Source: the human T2T-CHM13v2.0 reference genome, Homo sapiens. From it: 64,000 nt of DNA. Under the pieces are notes generated by a model, which made no database searches, was not told the DNA's origin, and was given only the letters and a program-made list of their open reading frames with translations. Location of the stretch: NCBI RefSeq assembly GCF_009914755.1, contig NC_060944.1; one strand, 5' to 3'. Of this stretch, positions 1 through 14,049 are shown piece after piece (the first letter of the stretch is position 1; every line of letters starts with the position of its first letter). The position numbers and the translations under genes were made by a program.

Positions 1-1697
1 CTCCTATCCTCAGATTTTTACCAATAAATGACATTTGCTCACTGCAGGTTGCCTCCTCCTTCTTTCCCCGTCCTACCCTCTGCCACCAGGCCTGTAAGTA
101 GCAGGAAGAAACAGGGAGAAGCCAAAGGTCACAGACTCGTGGGATTTCAGTTCAAGAGATGTCCCACTTCTGAAGGGAAAGATGAATCTCTATACGAAGT
201 TGACACATGGTCATTGGGCTGGCCAGTGGTGATGTCCTCTCCCTGAGTTTGAGTGCAAGTCTCCATCATTCTCATGATAATCCATTCCCGAAGATGTCTC
301 ATCTTGCTACAAAGGGCAGTGGGCTTCTCAGGCTACTGTGCCCTTTTTGGGCTTTATTGCATCTGGACAGTAGTGGTGGAAAGTTGCCTTCCAGAAGTTT
401 CTGTGGCCTAGCAGAGCACACTGAGGCATGGTGAAATTCAGAGAAACAGCCTAAACCATTTTTCTGTGTTCCACAGCATGCATTACTCTTACATTGTCTT
501 GAAATTCTTCATTATTCAACTAAGCAAATACCAAATGACAGCTGGTTGTGTTTATCTCCAGGGTGACAGAATGATCACACAGCATGGTTTAAGTGACTTG
601 ACAAAAATCAGAGCATTTGTTACTGGTGGTAGTTGATGGACACTCAGAAAGGACAGTGAGCATTGTGGAGATAAATTTCTAAAGCTATTGAAATGAGTTA
701 ATGGGCTAATGGATGGGGGCATTTACCCTTTTGCCTTTAATTCATGTCTTGACTTCTGCGGGGTCTGGCTGGGCACGTCCTCTGCACAGCATCCTCTGGT
801 TCCAGCCGTTCCCCCTGACATCAGCCGGGCCACAGGAGTGGGCGAGAATGCTGAGTAATCCACCTTGAGGTATTTTTAAAAGTAATTGCAGAGGAGATAT
901 TTGATCTTTATGACTTGCACCATAAGACTTTTTTGGAATCTTTGCAAGGGTTTGGTTGTAACAGAACTTTTCCGTCTACATTATGATCTATAAAAATCAT
1001 AGTAACTGACTTTGTGGGATTTGAGTTCTTCTTTTGTTATTTTCTTTGCTTTCTAATTAGATTTTGCTCGTATGCAGGACAGAGTAGTCTGGCAGATAAT
1101 AACTAGCATTAAAGTAACTCAAAGATAGGGCCATACCTGGCATTGTCCAGCAAGAATGGAAACAGGGTGTGCTGTCCTGGACCTGTGGCAGTTACGAGAA
1201 GCCCCTGTGCAGGTGTTTGCGCCACAAAGAACCAGGTCAACTGAAGGCTTGGCCAGGAGTCCTGAGACCTGGTGCTCCTCCCAGCCTGACAGCTGCCTGG
1301 AGGTGGCATGAGGCGGGCTCTTATTTAACTGACCTCATCTCTATTGTGTTCAGAAGCAATCTTCAAATAATAATATCTGTTCTTGATTTTTCGGAATGCC
1401 AAAGGGGACAAATTGATTGTCACAATCTAAGGGGTCATTTATTTACTGAGTGTGAAGATGGACTTTTTAAAGAGCTTAAGATTTCAAGTTATGTGCATGG
1501 GCCCTTTGAGGATGGAGGTGCTCTTTTTGTAAATTGTAGACTCAAGACAAAGAATAAGTCTTGAGTTGAGTTGAGTTTTGTGGGGCTTATCACAAAAGTA
1601 AACTAGGACATCTATGAGAAGCTGTAATTTTTCACCATCATTCCCCAAAATCATGTTGGAAGTAAGTTTAAGACACCATCACCATCTCACTCTAGAG

Positions 1698-1893
1698 CAC
1701 CAGTGTCCAACCCTTTGGATTTAAGGACTTTTTTGCTTCTCTGTGGTGGCAGATATCATGAAAATTATGCACAGACTCTTTTTTTTCAGTAGTTCATCAA
1801 CTATCATTAGTGTAAGTGTATCTTATGTGTGGCCCAAGACAATTCTTCTTCTTCCAATGTGGCTCAGGGAAGCCAAAAGGTTGGACATCCATA
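1698..1893 (-). mobile_element. MER30-family hAT-Charlie MITE
   Basis: Reverse complement of the MER30 5' end (gtggcccaagacaattcttcttcttccaatgtggctcagggaagccaaaaggttggaca); perfect 8-bp TSD CTCTAGAG at 1690-1697 and 1894-1901. Confidence 0.85.
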
Positions 1894-4810
1894 CTCTAGA
1901 GTAATCCTTCCTTTCAGGGATTTCCGGGCACCTGTGTTCTGAAAGGACTTGCCCATAAATCAGTTTTCTAGAACCCCTTCATGGCTAAATCTAGTGCTTA
2001 ATGGCCTGGTAAACTTGGGTGTTCCTGAGAGAGATATGGGGGTGATGGCAACAGCAGACATCGTGTTCCTGTGGGCTAGGTTTTAATCCTTCAAGCCTAG
2101 GTAAGTGCTGCTGGTTGCAGGCAGCTCACCTTGTCTGATTTTCCCCTGGAGTGAGTGGAATCTTCAGGTGGCCTAGAGTCCAACTGGACACAAAGTGCTC
2201 AGCTCTCCAATTTATTCACAAAGGTGCGCCCTCTGCCTCATTAGTGTCCATGGGAGCCTGAACTTCCTTATTCATTTCATGTTCTGTGTCATCGTCACCC
2301 TGGATCATCCCACAGTGTGAAGGGATCTGTCTTTCAAGGTGCTTCATGAGTGATGCTATGTGTGTGAAGGAACAGAGGCAAATCGCAATTCCCTGTTGAT
2401 CTGGTGCTTTGCACGACTCAGGGCGTGTGCACCTTGCAGCCACCCCCTCTCCTTGCCCTGGGCATATCATGTACAGAAAAACAGACCTTGACTGGCTGCC
2501 CAAGAGCCTCTGTTTTTTTCTTCCCAGTGGCCTGCTGCCTGCTTAAGAGACAGATACCCCAACTCCGAAGGCAAGCCCCTCACCTGCCATTGCCAACACC
2601 TATGCCCTCTGAGTGCTGGTGAAGAGTTGTTCAGTTTTGCTACTCAGCTGGCATAAAAGCTTGAGCCTCTGTGCCCTCTGAGGCTATTGCCTGGCCTGAT
2701 CTTGCAAACAAAACCTGTCCTGTCCATTCATTTCTTCAGTCATTCATCTGTGGCCACACGAGCCACATCACTGTGTCCATCTCAGCTAATGGGTGGCTCG
2801 GGCTCCTGCCCAATGCCTGTGTCCAAGCCTGCCCTGCTGCCTTGCCGTGCCGGTCCTGTCTGAAGTCTCTGATGATGATTTTCACTGGTGTTGCCTCAAC
2901 TCCTCTGCCACTCCCGACAATAATGCTTCAGTTCTGCCTAGGGTGCCCCTCATTCGGCCCTTCCCTCCTGTCACCCTACTCTCATCTGGGCCTCTGTTCT
3001 TCTGCCTTTGCCTGTGTGGCCCTAACATCCTTGTCTTCAGTCATCTCTGTGTGTTGCTTTCTGCTCAGACACACTGCCCTGCCATGTGCCATCTGCCACG
3101 GTGTGCCTGGGAGTGAGGAGTAGACACTCGGGTGATGCCAGTCCCTGGAGTGCCCCTGCCTTCTCACCCCCAACCAGGACCTGACTCCCACTCCCAGCAC
3201 AGCTTTCGTTGGCCCTCCCCAAACTTGGGGCTTGCCTGCCCTGGAGACCCCCCATACTTTGGCCACCCAGTGGCCCCACTAGGATGTGCGGATGCTAACT
3301 GCATTCTTAGGCCATCACCTGAGGGCTTGGTCCTGAGTGTCCATGTCCCATTTGCTGGGCTTCCCCTGCCTTGGGCTGCCTTGGGTCAGCAGGTGGGCCC
3401 GGGTCAGACTCTGCTCCCTCATTCTGATCTGCTTCTCCCACTGCCACTGACAGGCACACAGGGCCCTTTCCTGAGGCCAAGTGCCAGGGACATCAGAGAG
3501 CCAACACTAGGCTTGTGTCACTTCTGAGGCTTCCCCACTCTGCTCTTAGCCAGCCCTATTACTGGTTGAGTTAAACTGTTGCCGGTAATTGTATTTGATC
3601 CTCTGGCTTCTTCAGCCTTCCGGACAGAAAAGGATGGACGAATTGAGTCCTGCAGCAGCATGTTGCTAAACCACCAAGGAGCTGGACCAAGGTTAGGACC
3701 AGTTTCTCTTTAATTTGGCAAATGGAGATGGCTCTGAGGTCCCTTTATGCTTTCTACCCATGAAGACAAGTGTGCGGCTACAGAGGGCAACAGCAGAATG
3801 GTGGGGGCTCGAAGCACCCCCAGGTTCCTCTGCTTTACCCCTAATACACATCAAGTGCTTAGAGCAGGCCTGGCTTCGTGTGAGTGGGGATTGCCAATTA
3901 TTTTTCCAGTGGACAGTCAGCCTCAGGAAGGCAGGGCTCTGCTTGGTTTTCTGCTGTGTCCTTGGCACCTAGAGTAGGTATAGTCAGTGCCCAACAGTTA
4001 ACTGCTAAGTGAAGTTAATAGATTAAGCAAGAGAGGTCATGTGGCTCCCTGGGAAGAATGCGGGGTTTGGCGTCTGGAGGCCTGGGTGTGGTCCCCCTCA
4101 GCCGCTAGCAGGCTGCAAAACCTTAAGCAAGTCACATGACCTTGCTGGGTGTCGCTGTCTTGTTTATGTCCATGGGCGTGTGGTGTAAGATTTTGCTTTC
4201 AACTTCAAGTACCACAAACCTACATGAGGGTGGCTTATAACGTGAGGGTGGCTTAAACAGTAAGGAGCCTGGTTGCCTCCCCTAAGGGGAAAGCTGGTTC
4301 AGCTGGCTCAACTCTGCCAGGGCTCTCCAGAGACTTCTGTGCACCTCTGGATGTCCCCTCCTCGTTTTGAGAGCTGCACCATTCCGAAGCTCCGTTTCCT
4401 CCCCTGACTATGGCCAAGGATAGGAAGGAAGGCAGTGTTTCCTCTCACCTGTGTTTATTAGGGAGGGAAGCCTTTTTCCAAAGACCCTCTGCAGTCCCCT
4501 CAGGTCTTGTTGGCTATGGTTTGTGTCACATGCCATGTGACAGGAGAACCAGACATTGCCACCTCTGAAGTAGGAGACTCCTGCCAGCAGGGAGGGAGGA
4601 AGGGGCTGGGAAGATGAGTAGCTGCGGTGTAGGCAGCTGGCAGTGGCTTCTCTGTGGGACATTGATGATCATTCAACTACTATCAGGTTATTAAGAGCAA
4701 ACAAGGTCACATAGGTGGAAATGCTAAGTGGGGATCCCTAACAGGTGACACATATGCACCCCATCAACATTATGGTCCAGATACATGTTTGAAAAGAAAG
4801 TGCGAATGTT

Positions 4811-4962
4811 CTTAGGTGGCGCTTGTCCTCTGCAGTGTGTCCTCAGGCCTTAGGTGGAGCTTGTCCTCTGCAGTGTGGCCTCAGGCCTTAGGTGGAGCTT
4901 GTCCTCTGCAGTGTGTCCTAAGGCCTTAGGTGGAGCTTGTCCTCTGCAGTGTGGCCTCAGGC
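4811..4962. repeat. 38-bp minisatellite, 4 copies
   Basis: Unit cttaggtggagcttgtcctctgcagtgtgKcctcaggc starts at 4811, 4849, 4887 and 4925. Confidence 0.95.
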
Positions 4963-7066
4963 TCCACCCTGCCATATTGTCTTACTCTTGGCCACTTAAC
5001 TCATTTTGCTTCCTGGCTGGTCTCTCAAGGCATTTAAGTTTGCAGGCCCTGAAATCAGGCATTATAAGATCAATGTTCAACTAGTTCATTCTTAGATTGT
5101 GCAATTAGAGCTTGGGCATCTTAATTAAAAAGAAAAACGCTTATGTTTTCAGTGGATTTAATCATGAATTGGGTGAGTCTGGATCTGCATATTCCAGTCC
5201 CCCCTCTTTTGGCACACGTGTTCCCAAGCTTCACTGTGAAAGGTGCAGGCTGACCACAGGATCATCACCTGGCCCCTGGTGGTGTCTGTGTGTCCAGGGC
5301 AGCTTTTGGAAGGCTGGGTTTCTCTCTAAGGCGCTAAAGCCAGCATGGTTTGGACAGTCTCTCCCTTACAATGTGGGCTTTCTTGCCAGTTGATTAAAAA
5401 CAAGCAAACAGACAAAAACCCAGAAGTACTCTATTTCAGTGTTTGTAGATTGTATGTTCACAGACCTGTAGTGGTTTATATTCTCCTTGACATGCATCTC
5501 CTCTTAATTTGAAAGCTGTTGACATTTTGCTTGAGCTCATATGCAGTACCAGTTTCTTTTCTTCTTCTTTTTTCTCATTTGTTTCCTTAAAAAAAAAAAA
5601 TCCAGCTGCTTTCTTGCCTTGAGATGTAAATTCCACATTTTGGCTGCATTGGATTCCAAGTTTTCCCAGAAAAGGCTTAAATTTATTAGGTTAGTTCACA
5701 ATGTTCTCACAGAGAACTTGAGTTTGCGGCATGGAGCCATATGTGGTTGGGTTGTTTTAAGATAAATACTGTAAGAGAGTCAGCATTACATCACTGGCAG
5801 AAATGTGGGCTGTGCCTGTCATTTAAATAGTTATCACATGTGATTTAAAAGCTGGCTCTCGGTGGGAGGGGATAGGGTTGGAGGGGAAGGTCAGATGGAT
5901 GTTTCTGCATCTGTGGTGTCTGTGCCTCTGCCTCAGCACAGAGTCGAATGACACTACGAGGAGCTGAGAAGCCTCCAGAGGGCTGTGCTAATTGGGGTTA
6001 CTCCCCATCGTCCTCTCTGGATCTGGTTCTCAATAGCATAAAAGAGTACAAAGTGAAGAACAGGCTGGGTCACAAAGAGGCCTTTGCATGAGATTACGTC
6101 TTAGCAAGGGGGAGGAGGTTTATTTAATTTTGTGACTGTTGATATTCACATTTTGTTTTTTTTTTGTTTTGTTTTGTTTTGTTTTTAATCTCTGAAGATG
6201 AGAAACAAAACTGAGAGGGCATCTTGCTTTTTAAAAATTGTACTTTCTCAGCATCTAATTTGGACCTGTTCATGAGTATTTATATATGTGTGTATATGTG
6301 TATGCATCTACACACAAGTAAGACATACAAGTATGAACACATGGATGCGAATATAAAATGTCAATTGCTGGCAGCAGAAGGCAGCTTACCACAATTTACT
6401 GCAGAACACCAATTTCAAGATATTTGGATTTTATGAATCAGGAATATAGAAAACAAAAAGAAATTGGGGAGTCTAGCATGGATTGCTAACTTATGATTTC
6501 CAAAATTGCTTAATTTTTTAAATTATAGTAAAATACACATAAAACTTACCATTTTAACCATTTTAAGTGTATAGCTTAGTAGTAATGGGTATATCCACAT
6601 TGCAAAAATCCAAAATCTGTTTGCAAGAAAGGGAATGAGACAGAAGGAGTCCTGTATACTGTCCTTATCATTTCATCAAAGAAAGAGCATTTTAATACCA
6701 GAAGACAGACGAAAGGAAAGAAGCCTGTTATTTTAGATGCAGGAAATTCCTCCTAACCTGTGGCAGAATAGTCAAGAGAAAAATATTTTTCCATGGAAAA
6801 GTAATACTACAAAGAACTATGTAACAAGCAGCTCTGTGTGGCCATTTCTCAGATTTTAAAAATGCTAGCTTTTTGTCATCTTTGCTCCAGATCATTCATT
6901 CCTACTTAAAGTGCTGCTGCATGAACTGTTTGTTACCAGGCCATGGCGAAACAAAGAACAAAACTGAGACGGCATCTTACTTTTTAAAACTAAAATTGTA
7001 CTTTCTCAGCATCTAACTTGGACCTGTTCATGAGTATTTATATATGTGTGTATATGTGTATGCACA

Positions 7067-7120
7067 CTCACTGTCACCCAGACTGGAGTGCAGTGGCGTG
7101 ATCTCGGCTCACTGCAACCT
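7067..7120 (-). mobile_element. Alu right-arm fragment (about 55 bp)
   Basis: ctcactgtcacccagactggagtgcagtggcgtgatctcggctcactgcaacct; no poly-T tail or TSD. Confidence 0.8.
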
Positions 7121-7299
7121 TCATTTTGGGCCAGAATGAAGTCAGCTACACCACAGAGCTCACAGTTGAGAAGAAATCTCTCACAATACTTTGCTGATGA
7201 AGGAAGCTATGTACTGATTTACATTCTGACACGAGCATCTTACTGTTGCTGGTCCAGGTGTCACGTGCATTTTGTGGAGTGCACTGATTAGTAACTCTG

Positions 7300-8150
<851 letters not shown>

Positions 8151-8207
8151 CAAACTTAGCTGTATTCTACAGCTTTTCAGGTAAATGGGGAGTAGGAAAG
8201 AATAAGC

Positions 8208-8556
8208 CAGGGGTCCTCAACCCCCAGGCCAGGGACCGGTACTAATCCCTGTGGCCTGTTAGGAACTAGTCTGCACAGCAGGAGGTGAGCAGCCTATGAA
8301 CGAGCATTATCACCTGAGCTCCGCCTCCTGTCAGATCAGCAGTGGCCTTAGATTCTCATAGGAGCGGGAACCCCATTGTGAACTGTGCATGCGGGGGATC
8401 TAGGTTGCAGGCTTCTTATGAGAATCTCACCAATGTCTGATGCTCTGAGATGGAACAGTTTCATCCTGAAACCATCCCCTCTTCTGTCCCCCATCTCACA
8501 GAAAAATTGTCTTCTATAAAACCGGTCCCTGGTGCCAAAAATGTTGGGGACCACTA
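8208..8556 (+). mobile_element. MER1B hAT-Charlie DNA element
   Basis: Runs from caggggtcctcaacccc to gttggggaccacta, with internal gattctcataggagc and ggtccctggtgccaaaaa matching MER1B; terminal inverted repeats present. Confidence 0.88.
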
Positions 8557-9244
8557 CTATAAGTCAATTATTAATAAATTTGATTTCCTGGACCCAATTG
8601 AGAGCTACTGGTTGGTTGTTCATCTCTCGAAGGGTTAACTCAAAGTCTGTTCATAGTGGAAGAAATGATCTGGCAGATTGGGGGAAGTGAATCCTCTTTG
8701 TGTCTTGGATGTGGGGCAGGGACCAGCAGGGAGAAGCCAGCCCTTCAATAAGTTTCCTTCTTTTTATGTAAACTAGAAAAAGTTCACAGACTTAGTCTGG
8801 GAGGGAGATAAAACTGGGTATTGCTGTCTCTTGTGTTTTTTGGTCTAAGAAAATTCCGTGGTTCAAAACTTGGCCGGTCTTCTCTGCTGGGTTTCTCAGC
8901 AAGCCTTCCTGTAGTGGCTGGGCTGCTGCTCAGTGTTAGATGATGGAAGCTTCTTTCAGCCATCTAGCTGATGCTTTCTTTGAAGAACTATTCAGGGAAG
9001 AAGTGGGCCCAGGTTCCATTCGAGTGAGACATCAGGGGCATGTCCCCTGCTGGCCTGGTGGGAGCCTAAGAAGGCTCTAGTGGCCAGTGTCCTGAGTGTT
9101 GCCACCACGCAGCCTGCAAGCAAGTCAGCCTTCAGTCTCAAATCAACTGGTAACTGAGACGGTGTTCAGTGTGCTTAATGCACTTTGTTTCACAGCCTTC
9201 TCTGTAATCTTCAGCAAAGAGTAATGTGTTTTGAACATTCTTTA

Positions 9245-9560
<316 letters not shown>

Positions 9561-9943
9561 AACAAGTAGAAGGTAACTTGATGAGAAAAAAAACTATCAA
9601 AGAAAAAAGTAAGAGATGAAAAGCCTTCATATATGGAGCTCTTCTAAGGCTGTTGAAGAAGGCTGTGGCATGACCGCTCCCTCATATTGTGTGCCAAGTT
9701 GAATTATGGTTGGGGAAAAGTCTGAGAGTGATTACTCCTATGACTAATGATTTGTTTCAGTGATTCAGGTGCCTGTTGGAAAAACATTCTGTGTATAATT
9801 TGGTATATCTGAACCACTGTGCTCTGCCAGGTTATCAGAAAAAAACTTTTCAATGGTTCCCACCTGGGAAGTCACTGGTGTGTGGGATACACAGGCATGT
9901 GTTTGTGTTTGTAAAATATTCTTTTTTATTTTTATTTAATCAG

Positions 9944-10096
9944 CTGTCAAAGCTCGAAAAACAGCAGCAGAGGAAAGAAAAGACCAGAGCTAAGGGACCT
10001 TCTGAATCAAGCAAGGAAAGAAACACTCCCCGAAAAGAAGACCGCAGTGCCAGCAGCGGGGCTGAGGGCGACGTGTCCTCTGAACGGGAGCCGTAG
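9944..10096 (+). CDS. DTD1: Last coding exon of D-aminoacyl-tRNA deacylase 1 (DUE-B): C-terminal 50 aa plus stop; the exon continues to 10115
   Basis: A T-rich tract and CAG acceptor end at 9943. Phase-0 translation LSKLEKQQQRKEKTRAKGPSESSKERNTPRKEDRSASSGAEGDVSSEREP* matches the human DTD1 C-terminus as I recall it. Donor CAG|GTAGGA at 10115/10116. Upstream exons lie outside the window. Confidence 0.93.
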   Translation: MSKLEKQQQRKEKTRAKGPSESSKERNTPRKEDRSASSGAEGDVSSEREP

Positions 10097-10270
10097 CTCA
10101 GGAGGCAGAATTCAGGTAGGAGTTTCCCTGCTTGGCTTCATCTTCCCACATTTTGGGGAAGCAGTAATGAATAGGAGGGAATAGCTGCTGAGGCTGAATT
10201 CATTCATTTCACAGCGTTCATCCATAGCTTCCTTAAATCTGCTGCCTTCCAGGATGGAGACAAAAGTTAG

Positions 10271-10731
10271 TGTGTTAGTCCGTTTTCACGCTGCTGATAA
10301 AGACATACCTGAGACTGAGTAATTTATAAAGATAAAGAAGTTTAATGGACTCGCAGTTCCACGTGGCTGGGGAGGCCTCACAATCATGGTTGAAGGCAAA
10401 AGGCATTTCTTACATGGCGGCAGGCAAGAGAGTATAAGGGTCAAGCACTCCAGCCTGGTGACAGAGCAAGACTCCATCTCAAAAAAAAAAAAAAAAAAAA
10501 AAAACCAAGTGAAAGGGGTTTCCCCTTATAAAACCATCAGCTCTTGTGAGACTTGTTCACTATCAAGAGAACAGTATGGGGGAAACTGCCCCCATGATTC
10601 AGTTACCTCCCACCAGGCCCCTCATCTTGAATTGTAGTTCCCATAATTTCCACGTGTGTGTTCCTACGTGGGAATTATGGGAGCTACAATTCAAGATGAG
10701 ATTTGGGTGGGGACACAGCCAAACCATATCA
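10271..10731 (-). mobile_element. THE1 (THE1B-like) MaLR solo LTR carrying a truncated Alu and a fold-back duplication
   Basis: Runs from tgtgttagtccgttttcacgctgctgataaagac to gacacagccaaaccatatca; 5-bp TSD GTTAG at 10266-10270 and 10732-10736. Confidence 0.9.
10445..10504 (+). mobile_element. Severely 5'-truncated Alu (3' end plus poly-A) inside the THE1 LTR
   Basis: gcactccagcctggtgacagagcaagactccatctc followed by about 24 A. Confidence 0.85.
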
Positions 10732-11289
10732 GTTAGCAAATAAGATTGTATTTTATTCATTGAGATGCAGGAGGGTGGCATACCACAGGCCTGGGGTGCC
10801 CACCTGGGGGTGGAACCTGTTTGTGCCACCTTCTCTGGCTGCCTGTGCCAGTCCACAGCTGCTGCTGTGATTGCCTGTGCAGAACACTCACTCACCGATA
10901 CAGAATCCAGATGCAGATGCAGAGTCCACCTGCGCTCCTGCATCTCCCTTCCTGCTCTTAGCCACTCTAGCAAAGGGCACTGCCATCTCAGCGGCCTACT
11001 TTCATTGCCACCTGCCCCGTGTTCTGAAATCCTTCACAGTGCCCCGTGTGGCACTGTGAGTTTACTTTTCCTAAAATGGCATTTTATTCTTATTGTGGCT
11101 CACTGTAGCACAGAGTCCACCTCCCTGCCTGAACATCAGAGGCCTTGAAAATGTGATGCGGCCATCTGATGGCACTGTGCCTAGTTCCTCCCACCAGGGA
11201 ACCTGTTTATTTTGCCAAGCACTGGACCAAATACTGGGTGCAGATTTGAGGGACCCAGGACCTGTCATGGGGAGGTCACAGGCTCAGGG

Positions 11290-12130
11290 AGAAGCATAGG
11301 AACAGTTATACTACAGCACGGTGCGTGTGGCAGGAGTGTGAACAGGTGTGGGGTGGAGATGGGAGGTCAGGAGAGGCCCCTCAGAGGCCTGGGACCAGAT
11401 CTGGAAGGACAGGTGGCAGTGGGGAGGCAGATGAGGGGCAAGGGCAGGGGAGAGCTGCCTGAGCCAAGAGAAGAGCAGTGCAAATGCCATCTGGAGGTTG
11501 GGGGGCAAGGACAGGAGAGTTTGGGAATGGAGGAATTGCAGAAGGGTGGGAGTGTTGAGTGCCAAGTGGAGTGGGAGGGCAGGGAGCATCTCTGAACTTA
11601 GAGAAATAGGAGGTCTGGATTGTATAGGGTCTGGTATGCAACCCTGAGGAATTTGGATTTTATCCTGGGGCGGGAGGGACCTCTGAAAGGTTTTAAGTGT
11701 ACAAGTGACATCATCAGATACAAAGTTTAAAAAGAGCACTCACTTGAGCAGCTTTGGGGAGTGAGGCTGGAAGCAGATAGGCCCATTAGGAGGTGATTGC
11801 AGAAGTCCAGAGAAAAAATTATAGTAGGAACAGAGGGGAAAGAGTGGGATTGAAAGATGTAAAGGAAATAGAATCATTTCAACGTGGTGACTGATTAGAT
11901 TGGAAGAGGAGACATCCAGAAGGATGAGGGAGGAAGATGGGGGTTGCTGACGGTACCTATTTTGGGTGTGTTGTGTTTGAGGTGCCTGTTGGCAGCCAAT
12001 GGTGATGCCAGTCGTCTGCTGAGTCTGTGGCTTTAGAGCTGGGGAGCCAGGTCTCGGACATACAATTTGGAGCCTTCAGCTCACAGACTGTGGTTAAAAC
12101 CAAGTTAGGAGACAGAATTCACCCAAGAGA
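11290..12130 (-). mobile_element. L2 LINE fragment
   Basis: gaggaatttggattttatcctg...gaaaggttttaag...gtgacatcatcaga is the reverse complement of the L2 3' region; boundaries approximate. Confidence 0.6.
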
Positions 12131-12265
12131 CACCAAATTATGATAGAAGAACATCCAGAAGGTGGTTTTCAGCCTTCTCTTTCTCTTCTGAAAGAGAGCA
12201 AGGGTCAGAAGTGTACCTATGAAATGGCTTTTAGGATCCACAATACCAGGAAGTGAGATATATTA

Positions 12266-12564
12266 GGCCAGGTGTGGTGGCTTACACCTGTAATCCTAGC
12301 ACTTTGGGAGGTTGAAGTGAGAGAATCACTCGAACCCAAGAGTTTGAGACCAGCCTGGGCAACATGGTGAGACCCCCGTCTCTTAAAAAAAAAAATTAGC
12401 TGAGCATGGTGGTGCTTGCCTATCATCCTAGCTACTCAGAAAGCTGAGGTGGGAGGATTGCTTGAGTTTGGGAGTTGGAGGCTGCAGTGAGCCATGATTG
12501 CAGCACTGCACTCCAGCCTGGGTGACAGAGTGAGACCCTGACTCTTAAAAATAAAATTTAAAAA
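12266..12564 (+). mobile_element. Alu (AluJ-like)
   Basis: Full dimer; TSD agatatatta/agatacatta. Confidence 0.9.
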
Positions 12565-13580
12565 AGATACATTAGTTGTAATTGGGCACAGTGGCACCAG
12601 CTCCCAAATGGATACACAGACGAGAGGAACAGAATGGAGAGCTCAGGAAGGGTGGATTGTTGGTTCATAGACAGTTTTAGGGGAGGGGACTGGACAGTGA
12701 GTCCTGTTGTCCTCTTAACTGTTCCCTCATCACTGTGTTTTCCTGCTAGTGTTGTGCAGGGAGACAACAGCACTGTGGTGACCAGCCTTGGCTTATGTAT
12801 CTCACATATGCATGGGACACTGAAGGGTGCCTCGAAGGGAAGGGACGTCACATAAACCTTCCACTCCCACCCCTCCAAAACTTCATGATAATTCACTTTT
12901 GTTAGTGGTCAGTTTTGGCATCACAAATATTGCTGGTGCTTCTGATTTATAGTCTGTCCAGAAATCCTTAATCCAAAGAGGTGAAATGTGCTAAGTGAAG
13001 ACAGGGCACAGAGTGGCCCTTTAAGATACTTTTTCAGTTGTGCTAGTTAAATGGGTCAAGCAGTAATTCAGAAACTCATCGAGGTCTTCTTTCCATCCTG
13101 CTAACTTTTGGGTGACAGTGAGTAAGTTCTATGGTTTTTCTTCTATTGGAGGAAAACTCATCTCCGTCAGCAGTGCTTTGTGGAAGGCAGGCAGGTAGAA
13201 GTCATGGTGCCTGGAACTGGCCCCAGCAGCCTGGGCAGGGTGGGGGCAGGCATGTTCCCTCCCCGCCATGTTTCTGTGTTTTCTCAGGCTTCTCTGGATC
13301 ACAGGGAAGCATGACAGAGAGAGCATCCCAGCGCTGCTCCTGTTCCTTGAATGAAAGGTGCAGGGACTGTTACTGGTTAGGCCAAGTTTTAGCAATTACT
13401 TGGTCCAGAAGCAAAACTCAGATTGGACACTCCAGTTTCCACTCCTGGGGTTCAGGGCAGCTTCCCAGCCTTAATGCTCAGGCATGGCCCATGTCTCTTC
13501 TTCCAGTTCTGTTGAAGACTGTACTTAATAGTCTTTCCTGCAGTGAATTGGGACCTTAACAACAGGTTCAAAACAACTTG

Positions 13581-13920
<340 letters not shown>

Positions 13921-14026
13921 TCAGACTCCCATCATGAACTTAATGAACGGGAGAGGGAGAAACATACAAGCCCCTGTCTCCCAGCAACCAGACCCAGATT
14001 ATCAAGCTAAACACACTGGCACGCAT

Positions 14027-14049
14027 ACACACACACACACACACACACA
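14027..14049. repeat. (CA)n microsatellite
   Basis: About 11 CA units. Confidence 0.9.

Noticed and set aside
2216-3977. Clusters of overlapping 70-150 aa ORFs (also at 14700-16100 and 55381-55951)
   Set aside because: No recognisable protein, mostly non-ATG starts, and expected by chance in moderately GC-rich intron.
4811-4962. 38-bp repeats as a CRISPR-like array
   Set aside because: The units are head-to-tail with no unique spacers, in a mammalian context with no cas genes.
9776-9943. N-terminal part of the 106-aa ORF 9776-10096
   Set aside because: It is intronic sequence upstream of the CAG acceptor and starts at TTG; only 9944-10096 is DTD1 coding.
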